A stretch of 64,000 nt of DNA, taken from the NCBI GenBank assembly GCA_043751595.1, contig JAYUZR010000020.1, forward strand, positions 336 to 64,335, given 5' to 3'. Positions 55,537-64,000 of this stretch are shown piece after piece. The translations under genes were made by a program, and so were the position numbers. This stretch comes from Candidatus Berkelbacteria bacterium (GTDB lineage: Bacteria; Patescibacteriota; UBA1384; CAILIB01). The notes under the pieces were generated by a model. It searched no databases, was not told the origin of the DNA, and worked only from the letters and a program-made list of their open reading frames with translations. How positions within the stretch are numbered: the first letter of the stretch is position 1; every line of letters begins with the position of its first letter.

Positions 55537-57804
55537 ATGAGTCAGTCCCTCGTGCGGCTTTGCCGCATTGTGGCCCCAGAACGCCTATCAGATCGCTTCC
55601 TTACCTCGGGTGTTCTCACCCAGCAAGAGGGCGATTTTGATGCTCAAAAAAGCGTCATCCTCTGCTACGTTCTCGAGATCACACGTCCCTGGTTCCCCTC
55701 CTCCACTGTGTTTGCAGCGGTGCGTGATGCACTTGCTGAAACCCTGCCATCGCTCACGCCTGGCGAAACCCTCATTGATCAGATCGAAGAACTTCTTCGC
55801 CTGGTTAACCGTCGCCTGGCCGATATCTCTGATCAAGGCGAAACCGACTGGATCGGCAACCTAAACGGTATGATTGTCGCGATTGGCGGCAACGAACTTC
55901 ACTTCTCTCAAGCCGGCAGTATTCCGGCTTATCTCTTGCAAAACAACAGAATCCGTCAGATTACCGACGATCAGCCGCAGCAACAAGATCCTAATCCCCT
56001 CCGCACCTTTGCTAACCTTTCTTCTGGCCAACTCCAAGAAGATGACCGGATCCTCTTTGGTACCCACGAACTCTACCGCGAGCTTTCGCTCGATGCTCTT
56101 CGCCGGATCGTCGGCAAAAGCTCTCCGTATCAGGCGAGCCAGAGCATTCTTCGAGAGCTTAAGCGAGCTAAAAATCCAGGCGTACTAAGTACCATTGTTT
56201 GGTTTGGCGCAACACCAGGAGCTACGGAACCTGATTCTGTTTCCCTAGAAGAAGCCCTGCGCACTCCAATGCAAAAGGTAGTGCACACCGTTACGCCAAT
56301 TGCTCACAAAACGATTCAGCACGGAAAAAGAGCAACTGGAGCCCTAAAAAAGGCAGCTGAAGTTGGCGCCCAGTATGTACAGGAGAAGGCAATTCCTGCC
56401 ACTGGCCGCATCATTAAAGCTGGCGAGAATCAGGCAGAACAGGTCTTCCAAAAGATTGATACTAAGTTTCATACTACCTCCCCTGCCCTTACCGATATTC
56501 CGGTAGAGGACCCTCTGGCCGATGGCACGATTATTATCCGCCTCTATCCTCAGGTAAAAGTAAGGACCAAAACATCTCCGCTAGTTGCGGCTCAGCGCGC
56601 TTTCTTTATTAGCCTCCACAAGCTGGCGCAAGCCTACCGTTGGGTGCAAGCAACGCAACTACGCAGAAGAGTTGGCCTGGCTGGTATTATTGTAGTGTGC
56701 GCCGGCGTTGGCACGCTCGCCATTTATGCCCGCAAGCAGCCGGTTGCTCTTACCCCTACTCAGAGCCAAAATACTACCGTTATTACTCGCCTCCGCGAAA
56801 TTGAGGCTGCGGTAAAGACCGAGACCAATCAAACCACCTTGGCCCAGCTTACCACCGAGGCAAATACCCAGTACGATGCTCTGCAAAGCCCCGGCGAAGG
56901 CCAAAAGCGCGAGGCAGACCGCCTCTGGATAAGTATTACCGACCAACTGGATACCATTACCAAAACGGTTCGCTTTGTTGATTCCACCGAAAGTTACACC
57001 CTACCCGCGGCTGGAAAACAGGTAATTGCCAGCCTGCCCTTTATGTACGCCACCCCAAGCGGCAACCTTACTAGCCTGCTTCGTACCGGCAAGGGGAATG
57101 CTTCCGCCACCCAACGCACGCTTCCTATTACCGGCGACGAAGTACCAGTTGCCCTTACCCGAAGTCTTGAGGCCGATACCGCGGGTTACATTTTTACCAA
57201 CCAGCGCAGCATGTATCGCATCACTCAAGAAGATGCCGAGACTACCCTTCGTAAAGTGGAGCTTGATGGCGGCGAAAAGTTCTCCAGCGGCGATATGATC
57301 GGAACCTACCACGGCAACCTCTATATTGTAGATAGTGTAAACGGGCTCCTCTGGCGCTATGCCACCACCGGTACCGCCTACGGCAAGGGCTCCAGCGTGA
57401 TTGATAAAACCAAGTACGATCTTAAGGGAGCTACTTCCTTTGCAATTGATGGCGCGATCTACCTGCTTAAAAAGGATGGGACGGTCCAGAAGTTTGTCAC
57501 CGGAAAACAGGATACTAATTTTGCCCTTACCGGCATTCCGGAAGCTTCGCCAAAGGTGGTGCAGCCGCTCCAGATTCTTACAAATGAAAATACCGATAAT
57601 CTCTATTTGCTGGATGGCGGCATTACCAGTAGCGCTCGCCCGACTGCCCGTATTTTAGAGTTTAGTAAGAGCGGAAGTTTTATTCGCCAGTTTGCCTTCC
57701 CTGCAAGTGTAACGGCGGTTAAATCGGTTGATATTAGCGAGCAAGAGCGCATGATCTGGGCGTTGAGTGGCGATAAGGTGACGGCATTTAGCCTTCCACA
57801 ATAG
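55537..57804 (+). CDS. Membrane protein with N-terminal PP2C/SpoIIE-like (probably inactive) domain, a TM helix, and a C-terminal beta-propeller-like domain
   Basis: IVAIGGNELHFSQAGSIPAYLLQNNRIRQITDD and DDRILFGTHEL align with PP2C motifs, but GDSR reads GGNE and SDGL reads GTHE. TM VGLAGIIVVCAGVGTLAIYA. Repeats with the pattern NLY(I/L)(V/L)D...G. Confidence 0.6.
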   Translation: MSQSLVRLCRIVAPERLSDRFLTSGVLTQQEGDFDAQKSVILCYVLEITRPWFPSSTVFAAVRDALAETLPSLTPGETLIDQIEELLRLVNRRLADISDQGETDWIGNLNGMIVAIGGNELHFSQAGSIPAYLLQNNRIRQITDDQPQQQDPNPLRTFANLSSGQLQEDDRILFGTHELYRELSLDALRRIVGKSSPYQASQSILRELKRAKNPGVLSTIVWFGATPGATEPDSVSLEEALRTPMQKVVHTVTPIAHKTIQHGKRATGALKKAAEVGAQYVQEKAIPATGRIIKAGENQAEQVFQKIDTKFHTTSPALTDIPVEDPLADGTIIIRLYPQVKVRTKTSPLVAAQRAFFISLHKLAQAYRWVQATQLRRRVGLAGIIVVCAGVGTLAIYARKQPVALTPTQSQNTTVITRLREIEAAVKTETNQTTLAQLTTEANTQYDALQSPGEGQKREADRLWISITDQLDTITKTVRFVDSTESYTLPAAGKQVIASLPFMYATPSGNLTSLLRTGKGNASATQRTLPITGDEVPVALTRSLEADTAGYIFTNQRSMYRITQEDAETTLRKVELDGGEKFSSGDMIGTYHGNLYIVDSVNGLLWRYATTGTAYGKGSSVIDKTKYDLKGATSFAIDGAIYLLKKDGTVQKFVTGKQDTNFALTGIPEASPKVVQPLQILTNENTDNLYLLDGGITSSARPTARILEFSKSGSFIRQFAFPASVTAVKSVDISEQERMIWALSGDKVTAFSLPQ

Positions 57805-57814
57805 GTTACGGATT

Positions 57815-57852
57815 AAAAAAGCCGCAGTCCCCGGAGGGTCTGCGGCTTTTTC
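57815..57852. terminator. Bidirectional terminator
   Basis: AAAAAAGCCGCAG...CTGCGGCTTTTTC between convergent genes. Confidence 0.7.
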
Positions 57853-57869
57853 TTTGCGATATTCTGTTT

Positions 57870-59165
57870 TTAGAACGGCGGAGGCGTGGGACTGGGCGCC
57901 GGCGTTGCCAGCGGGTCCCGCGCCTTCACTTCCACCGTGAGGGTGGCGGAAATGAGGTCGCGATTTTCCGTTCCCTCGGCCATCAGGAGCTTGCCGAAGA
58001 CAAGATTATCCAGGCGGCGTAGTGCATCCTGGTGAAAATCGGTCGGTAGCTCGAAGTCGATCGACTCCGTTTTACCGTCCATTCCGTCAAACAAGTAGGT
58101 CAGCTTGGCTTTTATGTCCCACGACGCTGGCAAAGCCGAGCCGAGCCGATTTGCGACCGGAATCAGCAACCCGTAATAGGTCCCGGCGCCCTGAGCGCCC
58201 TGCCCGTTGTCGCGACAAACGAAGTGCGTGATCGTCTCCTGGGGTTTCCCAGGCATCGTGATCTTTACTTCGAGCGTCCCGACTGCCGGCGCCCCGGCTT
58301 TGATCAGAGACCCGAACTGGCCGTCGAAGGCCAGCGTGTGCGTGGGGGCACCCATCGCACGAGTGACGACGCTCCCATCGAGCAGGCGGAAGTCTGATGT
58401 ACCAATCGCAACGGGCAAGCGACGCGGACCGAGGTCGTCGATCGCGTGCCCAGTGGCAATCCAGCCGCCTTTCTGAGGCGAGTAATCAGTGAGGGTTGCC
58501 GAGCCGTAGAGCTCGACTTCCGGACCATACACCGCGAAGAACACGTACTTGCGCCCGGGGGCGAATTCGGTGTCTCTCACGGCACGGCTGGAGCTCACTT
58601 GTCCGCTAATGGGGGTAATCCCCGTCTTGGAGAAGTGAGTGAGATTGATAGACGAAGGCGCTCCTTTCAGCACCCAGGGAATGCGAGGCGGTGTTGTACC
58701 GCCACGACCACGACCGGAGTAGCTGAGCTGCAGCATCTGACTAAAGCTGCGAGCATAGACGCTTTTCGCGTCGTACCCGGACCAAACAGCCGCAACCAAC
58801 TTGCCGTCTGCGGTAACTACCGGACTACCGGAGTCACCTGGTCCAAGCTTCTGATCGGCCTGAGGCAGAATAGCAATCTGATCGTTGCCATTGTCCGCCC
58901 CCGCAGAAATCAATTGAACCTCACGCTTATAGACGCCGGTTCCGGCATCATTCGTGAGAACATAAAGCTTGGTACCTGACGCAAGCGCACGGGTGTCATC
59001 CCACCCAAGCATCCCCGTGTAAGGAAAGATACCGGAGATGAGCTCACCCTTAGGCGTGTCGTAGGTTGCGACGTTACCATCACTCCCTCCACCACAGCCC
59101 GAAATAAGCACTCCGCAAGCAAAAAACATGCAGAGCATCCAATAACGCAACATGTTAACCATCAT
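57870..59165 (-). CDS. GC-rich lipoprotein with SpoIVB/S55-like serine-peptidase motif
   Basis: SD AAGGA 6 nt upstream. Lipobox LISGC. Motif GPGDSGSPVVTADGKLVAAVWSG resembles SpoIVB GMSGSPIIQNGKVIGAV. No His lies N-terminal to it. Sampled GC is about 63-67%, against about 42-58% elsewhere. Confidence 0.6.
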   Translation of the reverse strand: MMVNMLRYWMLCMFFACGVLISGCGGGSDGNVATYDTPKGELISGIFPYTGMLGWDDTRALASGTKLYVLTNDAGTGVYKREVQLISAGADNGNDQIAILPQADQKLGPGDSGSPVVTADGKLVAAVWSGYDAKSVYARSFSQMLQLSYSGRGRGGTTPPRIPWVLKGAPSSINLTHFSKTGITPISGQVSSSRAVRDTEFAPGRKYVFFAVYGPEVELYGSATLTDYSPQKGGWIATGHAIDDLGPRRLPVAIGTSDFRLLDGSVVTRAMGAPTHTLAFDGQFGSLIKAGAPAVGTLEVKITMPGKPQETITHFVCRDNGQGAQGAGTYYGLLIPVANRLGSALPASWDIKAKLTYLFDGMDGKTESIDFELPTDFHQDALRRLDNLVFGKLLMAEGTENRDLISATLTVEVKARDPLATPAPSPTPPPF

Positions 59166-59315
59166 GTTTCCTTTCCAACCGAAGCACTTTAAATGTGCTA
59201 GAGAGCATTTACTTTAGATTTAATCAAATGTCAATCTGTCAGAGGCCTTCTTCTTGGGGCTTTAACCCGCCGCAGAAGAGCGCATTTCATTATTGAAATG
59301 CTCTCTTCGAGGCTC

Positions 59316-61079
59316 TTACATACGTGAGGGAACCGGCATTCCTAACACCCCATTCGCCAGCTGCACTAATACGCGTTCGGTAAGTTCAGTTACCGCAATC
59401 CAACGCACCTGCTCATCGCCCGCTGCCTGCATAATGCGGCATTGCTCGTAAAAGCGGTTCGCTGCCTGCGCTACACTAAAGAGGTGATCAGCAACGGTAT
59501 GTGGCGTAAGCGTTACGGCCACTTCAGCCAAAACCTTTGGAGTGGCAAGCAATACAAGGAGCAAGGCGCGCTCGCTTTCGGCCAGATTACTACCAACCCA
59601 AGCGCCAGCCACACCAGCTTTACGCAACACCGCCCGCAAGCGAACAATGGTATACAGAATAGAAGGACCAGTCTTGCCCTCAAAACTGGCAAAACGTGCG
59701 GGATCAAACTTATAATCCGACTTTTTATCGCTAGAGAGATCCCCAAACTTAAGCGCTGCCACCGCTACTTTTTCAGCAATTTCTTGCTGTTCTTCTTCGG
59801 AGTAATCCTTAGCTACACCGGCACGCTGCATAGTTTCTTTAGCGGCGGCAAGCAGGGTATCGATAAGCTCCTCGAGGCGCATTACGCCGCCATCGCGAGA
59901 TTTAAACGGCTTGCCATCTTCTCCGTTAAGCGTGCCAAACCCATGGAAAGTAAGCACTTGATCTTCAGGCACATAGCCGGCCTGGCGGCCAGCATCAAAC
60001 ACTTGCTCAAAGTGCAGTCCCTGACGCTTATCTACCACATAGTGACTCTCATCGAATCCATTTTTGGTTCGATCTACGATGGTGGCGATATCGGTGGTGG
60101 CGTACAGGTAGGCGCCGTCCGATTTAAGCAAAATAAGTGGAGGTGAATCTTCTCCTACCGGAATAATCGTGGCGCCGTTGTCTTGCTTAGCAATTCTTCT
60201 ATCCAGTAAGTCCTTAACGATCCCCGGAATCATATCATTGTAATAGCTTTCGCCGTGCCAATAATCAAAGATAATACCCAATCGCTCATACTGGCGCTTG
60301 GCATCCGCCAAAGAAATCTTTGCAAACTGCCCCCACAGAGCCAAATACCCCCTTCTCCCCTGCTGAAGTTCTAGGGTAGCCTTAAGGGCCGCGGCTTTAG
60401 CTTCGGGATCGGTCTTAGCTAGACCCGATTCAAAAGGATAAATCCGGCCGAGATCTTCGAGCGTTACCGGAGATTCGGTTGGATATTCACCAGCAAACAA
60501 TTCATCGAAGTATGGAAGATCTGGTTGTTCGCGCTGAATACCGATAATTACCATTCCCATTTGAGTGCCCCAATCTCCCTGATGAACATCACCCAGTACT
60601 TCGTGACCGAGCAGCTGCATGAGCCGAATTAGCGAGTTTCCAATAACAGCCGAGCGCATATGCCCTACGTGTAACGGCTTTGCTACGTTTGGCCCACCAT
60701 AATCTACGGCGATTTTCTTCTTTTTCTGAGCCAGTGGAGCGAGCAGTCTATCACTCTCGGCAAGTTGCTCAGCAGCCCTCATTACAACGCTCTCGGAAAG
60801 GCGAAGATTCACAAATCCAGGTCCCGCACTACTTACTTCAGAAAAATCAGTGTCTTTCTGTAAAAACTCAACCACCTGCACAGCAATCTCTTGGGGAGAC
60901 TTTTGCAATTGCTTAGCTAGGGCCAAGGCACCATTCCATTGATAATCGGCAAGATCGGGGCGACCAGAAACCACTACCTCCACTCCGTAATCTTGTATCA
61001 AAAAACCAAGCGCACTGAGCGCATCCGTAATTTTGGCTCGCAAGACCTCAGAAATAACTTCCGACGAGAGGGTGATCAT
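59316..61079 (-). CDS. argS: Arginine--tRNA ligase
   Basis: 587 aa with class I HIGH-type PLHVGHMRS and the ArgS anticodon-binding C-terminus. Confidence 0.9.
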   Translation of the reverse strand: MITLSSEVISEVLRAKITDALSALGFLIQDYGVEVVVSGRPDLADYQWNGALALAKQLQKSPQEIAVQVVEFLQKDTDFSEVSSAGPGFVNLRLSESVVMRAAEQLAESDRLLAPLAQKKKKIAVDYGGPNVAKPLHVGHMRSAVIGNSLIRLMQLLGHEVLGDVHQGDWGTQMGMVIIGIQREQPDLPYFDELFAGEYPTESPVTLEDLGRIYPFESGLAKTDPEAKAAALKATLELQQGRRGYLALWGQFAKISLADAKRQYERLGIIFDYWHGESYYNDMIPGIVKDLLDRRIAKQDNGATIIPVGEDSPPLILLKSDGAYLYATTDIATIVDRTKNGFDESHYVVDKRQGLHFEQVFDAGRQAGYVPEDQVLTFHGFGTLNGEDGKPFKSRDGGVMRLEELIDTLLAAAKETMQRAGVAKDYSEEEQQEIAEKVAVAALKFGDLSSDKKSDYKFDPARFASFEGKTGPSILYTIVRLRAVLRKAGVAGAWVGSNLAESERALLLVLLATPKVLAEVAVTLTPHTVADHLFSVAQAANRFYEQCRIMQAAGDEQVRWIAVTELTERVLVQLANGVLGMPVPSRM

Positions 61080-62272
61080 GAAATACGAATGCGAGCTAGT
61101 TGGCGCTTTCCTTTTTGAACCAATACACCATCTTCAACAACTGTCAGAGGATTTTCGAGGGTTTCACCATTAACACGCACCCCACCCTGCTCAATAACGC
61201 GGCGACCGTCGCCCTTACTGGTTACCCAGCCAAGTTGAACCAAGAGATCGAGGTAGGTTGTGTCTGGCGCAACGGCAATTTCTTCAATTGTTTCAGGGAG
61301 CTGATGCTGACTAAATTGTGCCTGCCAGTTTTCGGAAGATTCCTGCGCAACTTCGGCTCCGTGATAAAGTTCGACGATTGCCGAAGCAATCTCTAGCTTG
61401 ATATCGCGGGGGTTTTCTCCACTACTCATACGAGTGGCGAGTGTTTCTTGAGTAAAGGGCTGAGCAGAGCGCGGAATCAGCAGCAAGAGCTCGGCCAATA
61501 CATCGTCATGAGCAGACATGGCCTTACCAAACTTATCAGCCGGGGTATCGAGCAAATAAATGCCATTATCCAGGCTTTTACTCATTTTTCGACCATCAAG
61601 ACCGGCGACCAATACATTCATAATGAGCGATTGCTCAGGCTTTCCTGCTTGCTCCTGGAGCGCACGACCAGCTAGCAAATTAAAGCGTTGATCCGTCCCA
61701 CCCAATTCGACATCGGCATTGATAGCGACAGAATCGTAGCCCTGCATAATAGGGTACATAAGCTCGCGCATCGAGACGCGACTACCAGAATCGAGCCTTT
61801 TAGCGACCAGTTCTCGCTTAATAAAATCGTTGACCGAAAAAGCTCCAGCCAGGTAACTAACCTGCGCAAAACTAAGCGGTGCAAGCCACTCACTATTGCG
61901 ATGGAAAAAGATTTGATCAGCTTTTTCTTTGTTCAGAATCATCCAGAGCTGTTCTTCGTAGCGCTGCATATGGCTCTGCACCTCGGCCTCGGAGAGCATA
62001 GGGCGCTCTTTGTCTTTATCGGAGGTATCGCCAATTTGGCCAGTAAAATCGCCAATGATAAGATGGATCTCGTGTCCTAGCTCTTGAAAAGCGCGTAACC
62101 GCCAAATAGGCAACGTGTGCCCCAGGTGCATATTAGGACCGGTGGGATCGATGCCAAGCTTTACCTTTAGAGGGGTTTTTGAGCTACCAATACGAGTAAC
62201 CAGCATTTCTTTGCCGATTACTTCGCTAACACCGTAATGAAGAATGTCTTCTTCGGTAAATGTGAGGTTCAT
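61076..62272 (-). CDS. tyrS: Tyrosine--tRNA ligase
   Basis: HLGH (HIGH) and KMSKS motifs, C-terminal S4-like domain. 4-nt overlap with argS. Confidence 0.9.
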   Translation of the reverse strand: MNLTFTEEDILHYGVSEVIGKEMLVTRIGSSKTPLKVKLGIDPTGPNMHLGHTLPIWRLRAFQELGHEIHLIIGDFTGQIGDTSDKDKERPMLSEAEVQSHMQRYEEQLWMILNKEKADQIFFHRNSEWLAPLSFAQVSYLAGAFSVNDFIKRELVAKRLDSGSRVSMRELMYPIMQGYDSVAINADVELGGTDQRFNLLAGRALQEQAGKPEQSLIMNVLVAGLDGRKMSKSLDNGIYLLDTPADKFGKAMSAHDDVLAELLLLIPRSAQPFTQETLATRMSSGENPRDIKLEIASAIVELYHGAEVAQESSENWQAQFSQHQLPETIEEIAVAPDTTYLDLLVQLGWVTSKGDGRRVIEQGGVRVNGETLENPLTVVEDGVLVQKGKRQLARIRIS

Positions 62273-62417
62273 ACTCTGGCAGCGTAGCTGCTTTTCTGGT
62301 AGGGTTCAACCTATGGTGCGGCCCGAGCGTAAGAAGAAACCCCTATTTAAACTACCTGGCCGCGGTGCTGGGCGTGTTATGTTAGCTAAAAAGAAGGCAA
62401 CATCCGCCAAGGTAGGT

Positions 62418-64000
62418 ATGGCACTTCCCGCTCCCAAGACTTCTTTCTTTAGTAAGTTCAAAAAAAAGAAACTTTCTCCTAAAGGTAATCGTCCACTTCC
62501 GGCAGGTAAAATACTCAAGCCAAAGCGCCCGTTATGGCGTCGCATTCTCCTTGGCTTTGGTATTTTCTTTGCTCTCCTCATTCTTGGCGGAGCTCTTGCC
62601 TTTGGTTACTACGCGCCGCAGCTGCCAAATCCTCGTAAAATTACCGAGCGCACCGTCGATCAATCTACCCAGATTTACGATCGTAACGGAACTAAGCTCT
62701 ACGACTTCCACGGAGATGAAAATCGCACGATTACTACCTATGCAAAAATTAGTCCATTTATTACTAAGGCAGTAGTCGCCACCGAAGACGCAGATTTTTA
62801 TAACCACCACGGCTTTAGCCCAAAGGGTATTTTACGCTCAGTACTTGCCCGCGTAGTGCCAGGGTTTAATCGTGCAGAAGGTGGCGGATCTACCCTTACT
62901 CAGCAATACATTAAGAACGCCCTTCTTACCGACGATCATAGCCTGGATCGTAAGTTGCGTGAGCTTATTTTGGCGATTGAGATTGAGCTTAACTACCCTA
63001 AAAACGATATTCTTACCGGCTACCTCAACGAGATTAGTTACGGTGGCAATATTTACGGTGTAGAAACCGCTTCAGAAACCTTTTTCAATAAGCACGCGAG
63101 CGATGTAACCCTTAGTGAGGCTGCCGTCTTAGCTGCTATTCCTCAGGCTCCAAGTTACTACTCTCCGTACGGAAGTAATCTCGACGATCTTTTTGATCGA
63201 AAAAACTATGTGCTTAGCCGAATGGTAACCACCGGCGCCATTACTCAAGCCGAAGCCGACGAAGCCAAAAAAGCCACTCCCAACAAAGAAAGTCCTGCCT
63301 TTTCTGCTAGTTCAAATCTTACCGCTCCTCATTTTGTGTTTTATGTTCGCCAAAAACTAATCGAGCAACTTGGCGGAGACCCGGTTGATGCAGAAAAACG
63401 CCTCGATACCGAAGGGTTCACCGTTATTACCTCGCTCGATCTGCCCACCCAGCGCATGGCTGAAAAGATTTTGGCCGATATGGGTCCCGGTACCATCGCT
63501 AAATACAATGGAACCAATGCCTCACTTACCGCCATCGATCCTAAAACTGGAGAAGTCTTGGCGATGGTTGGAAGTATCGACTACGAAAAGAGTAAATCTG
63601 GTAACAATAATTTCGCCAACGCCCCGCTACAGCCTGGTTCTTCTATTAAGCCATTGGTATATGCCAGTGCGTTTAGCCCGACAGCTCAAACTAAGATGAA
63701 TCCCGGTAGTACCACCTTTGATGTGCAAACCGATTTTGGTGGAGGCTATAAACCAAACGATTACGACGGCAAGTTCCGTGGGCCCATTAGCAACCGCTCT
63801 GCGCTAGCCGGATCGTTAAACATTCCTACCCTCAAAAACCTGGCCCTAGGAGGAATCGATAACTTCTTAAGCATTGCCCGCGGCCTAGGTATTACCACCT
63901 TTACCGGTACTGCTAACGATTACGGCCTTTCTATCGGTCTTGGTGCTGGAGAAGTGCGTCAGGTAGAGCTTGCTGGAGCCTATACCGCCGTTGCTAATGG
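62418..64000 (+). CDS. Penicillin-binding protein 1A (GT51 transglycosylase plus transpeptidase), 3'-partial at window end
   Basis: SD AAGGTAGGT before the ATG at 62418 (alternative ATG at 62379, in frame). GT51 motifs EDADFYNHHG, GGSTLTQQ, RKLRE. Transpeptidase SSIKP (the SxxK motif). ORF runs off the window. Confidence 0.85.
   Translation, partial: MALPAPKTSFFSKFKKKKLSPKGNRPLPAGKILKPKRPLWRRILLGFGIFFALLILGGALAFGYYAPQLPNPRKITERTVDQSTQIYDRNGTKLYDFHGDENRTITTYAKISPFITKAVVATEDADFYNHHGFSPKGILRSVLARVVPGFNRAEGGGSTLTQQYIKNALLTDDHSLDRKLRELILAIEIELNYPKNDILTGYLNEISYGGNIYGVETASETFFNKHASDVTLSEAAVLAAIPQAPSYYSPYGSNLDDLFDRKNYVLSRMVTTGAITQAEADEAKKATPNKESPAFSASSNLTAPHFVFYVRQKLIEQLGGDPVDAEKRLDTEGFTVITSLDLPTQRMAEKILADMGPGTIAKYNGTNASLTAIDPKTGEVLAMVGSIDYEKSKSGNNNFANAPLQPGSSIKPLVYASAFSPTAQTKMNPGSTTFDVQTDFGGGYKPNDYDGKFRGPISNRSALAGSLNIPTLKNLALGGIDNFLSIARGLGITTFTGTANDYGLSIGLGAGEVRQVELAGAYTAVAN

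Noticed and set aside
58022-58979. Several 69 to 177-aa ORFs in other frames within the GC-rich lipoprotein gene
   Set aside because: This is the expected artefact of high GC, which leaves few stop codons. The 431-aa frame has the lipobox, the SD and the peptidase motif.
62273-62417. T-box leader upstream of tyrS
   Set aside because: The divergent intergenic region is only about 145 bp, and no specifier-loop or T-box consensus (AATTAGGGTGGNACCGCG-like) is visible.
62306-62810. Two minus-strand ORFs of 91 to 92 aa at the PBP1A 5' end
   Set aside because: They lie antisense to strongly conserved GT51 transglycosylase motifs.

Overview
This window looks like a 64-kb stretch of a bacterial chromosome using the standard genetic code. 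TGA, TAA and TAG all close long ORFs. GC content is mixed by eye, roughly 42-58%, with one conspicuously GC-richer gene.

The window opens with a promoter-driven tRNA cluster (Thr-GGT, Thr-TGT, Tyr-GTA), then rpmG (ribosomal protein L33) and tRNA-Trp. The secE-nusG genes that usually follow are absent. In their place is a single-gene cassette running from its own promoter to its own terminator.

Most of the window is a mosaic of small stress, detoxification and repair genes. These include four VOC/PhnB-like proteins, five NUDIX hydrolases, two inositol-monophosphatase-family genes, HIT, GNAT, SRPBCC, DUF1801/YdeI, a MsrA-MsrB fusion, Bcp, and two HhH-GPD glycosylase-like genes. Core genes are interspersed: folE, nrdAB, holB-like, rpmB, a gmk-like kinase, an M50 protease, argS, tyrS and a partial PBP1A.

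The accessory content worth a second look is:
- a five-gene predicted beta-glucan exopolysaccharide cluster (GH81 glucanase, GtrB-like GT2, a 655-aa polytopic membrane protein, a processive BcsA-like GT2 and an HlyD-like adaptor);
- a dinD-like (Bro-N domain) gene broken by three lesions, one of them at a perfect 25-bp palindrome;
- an unknown 334-aa protein, a P-loop kinase and a NUDIX gene in a convergently overlapping cluster;
- a Qnr-like pentapeptide-repeat protein paired with an HTH regulator;
- a tRNA-Pro whose 3' 16-mer is duplicated 118 bp away, which looks like an att-type scar. Next to it are a hairpin-rich 330-bp spacer, a membrane protein with a PP2C-like domain and a beta-propeller, and a GC-rich lipoprotein carrying a SpoIVB/S55-like serine-peptidase motif that is probably horizontally acquired.

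No CRISPR array, IS element or rRNA was seen. All domain calls are from motif recognition by eye and need confirmation by HMM or BLAST.
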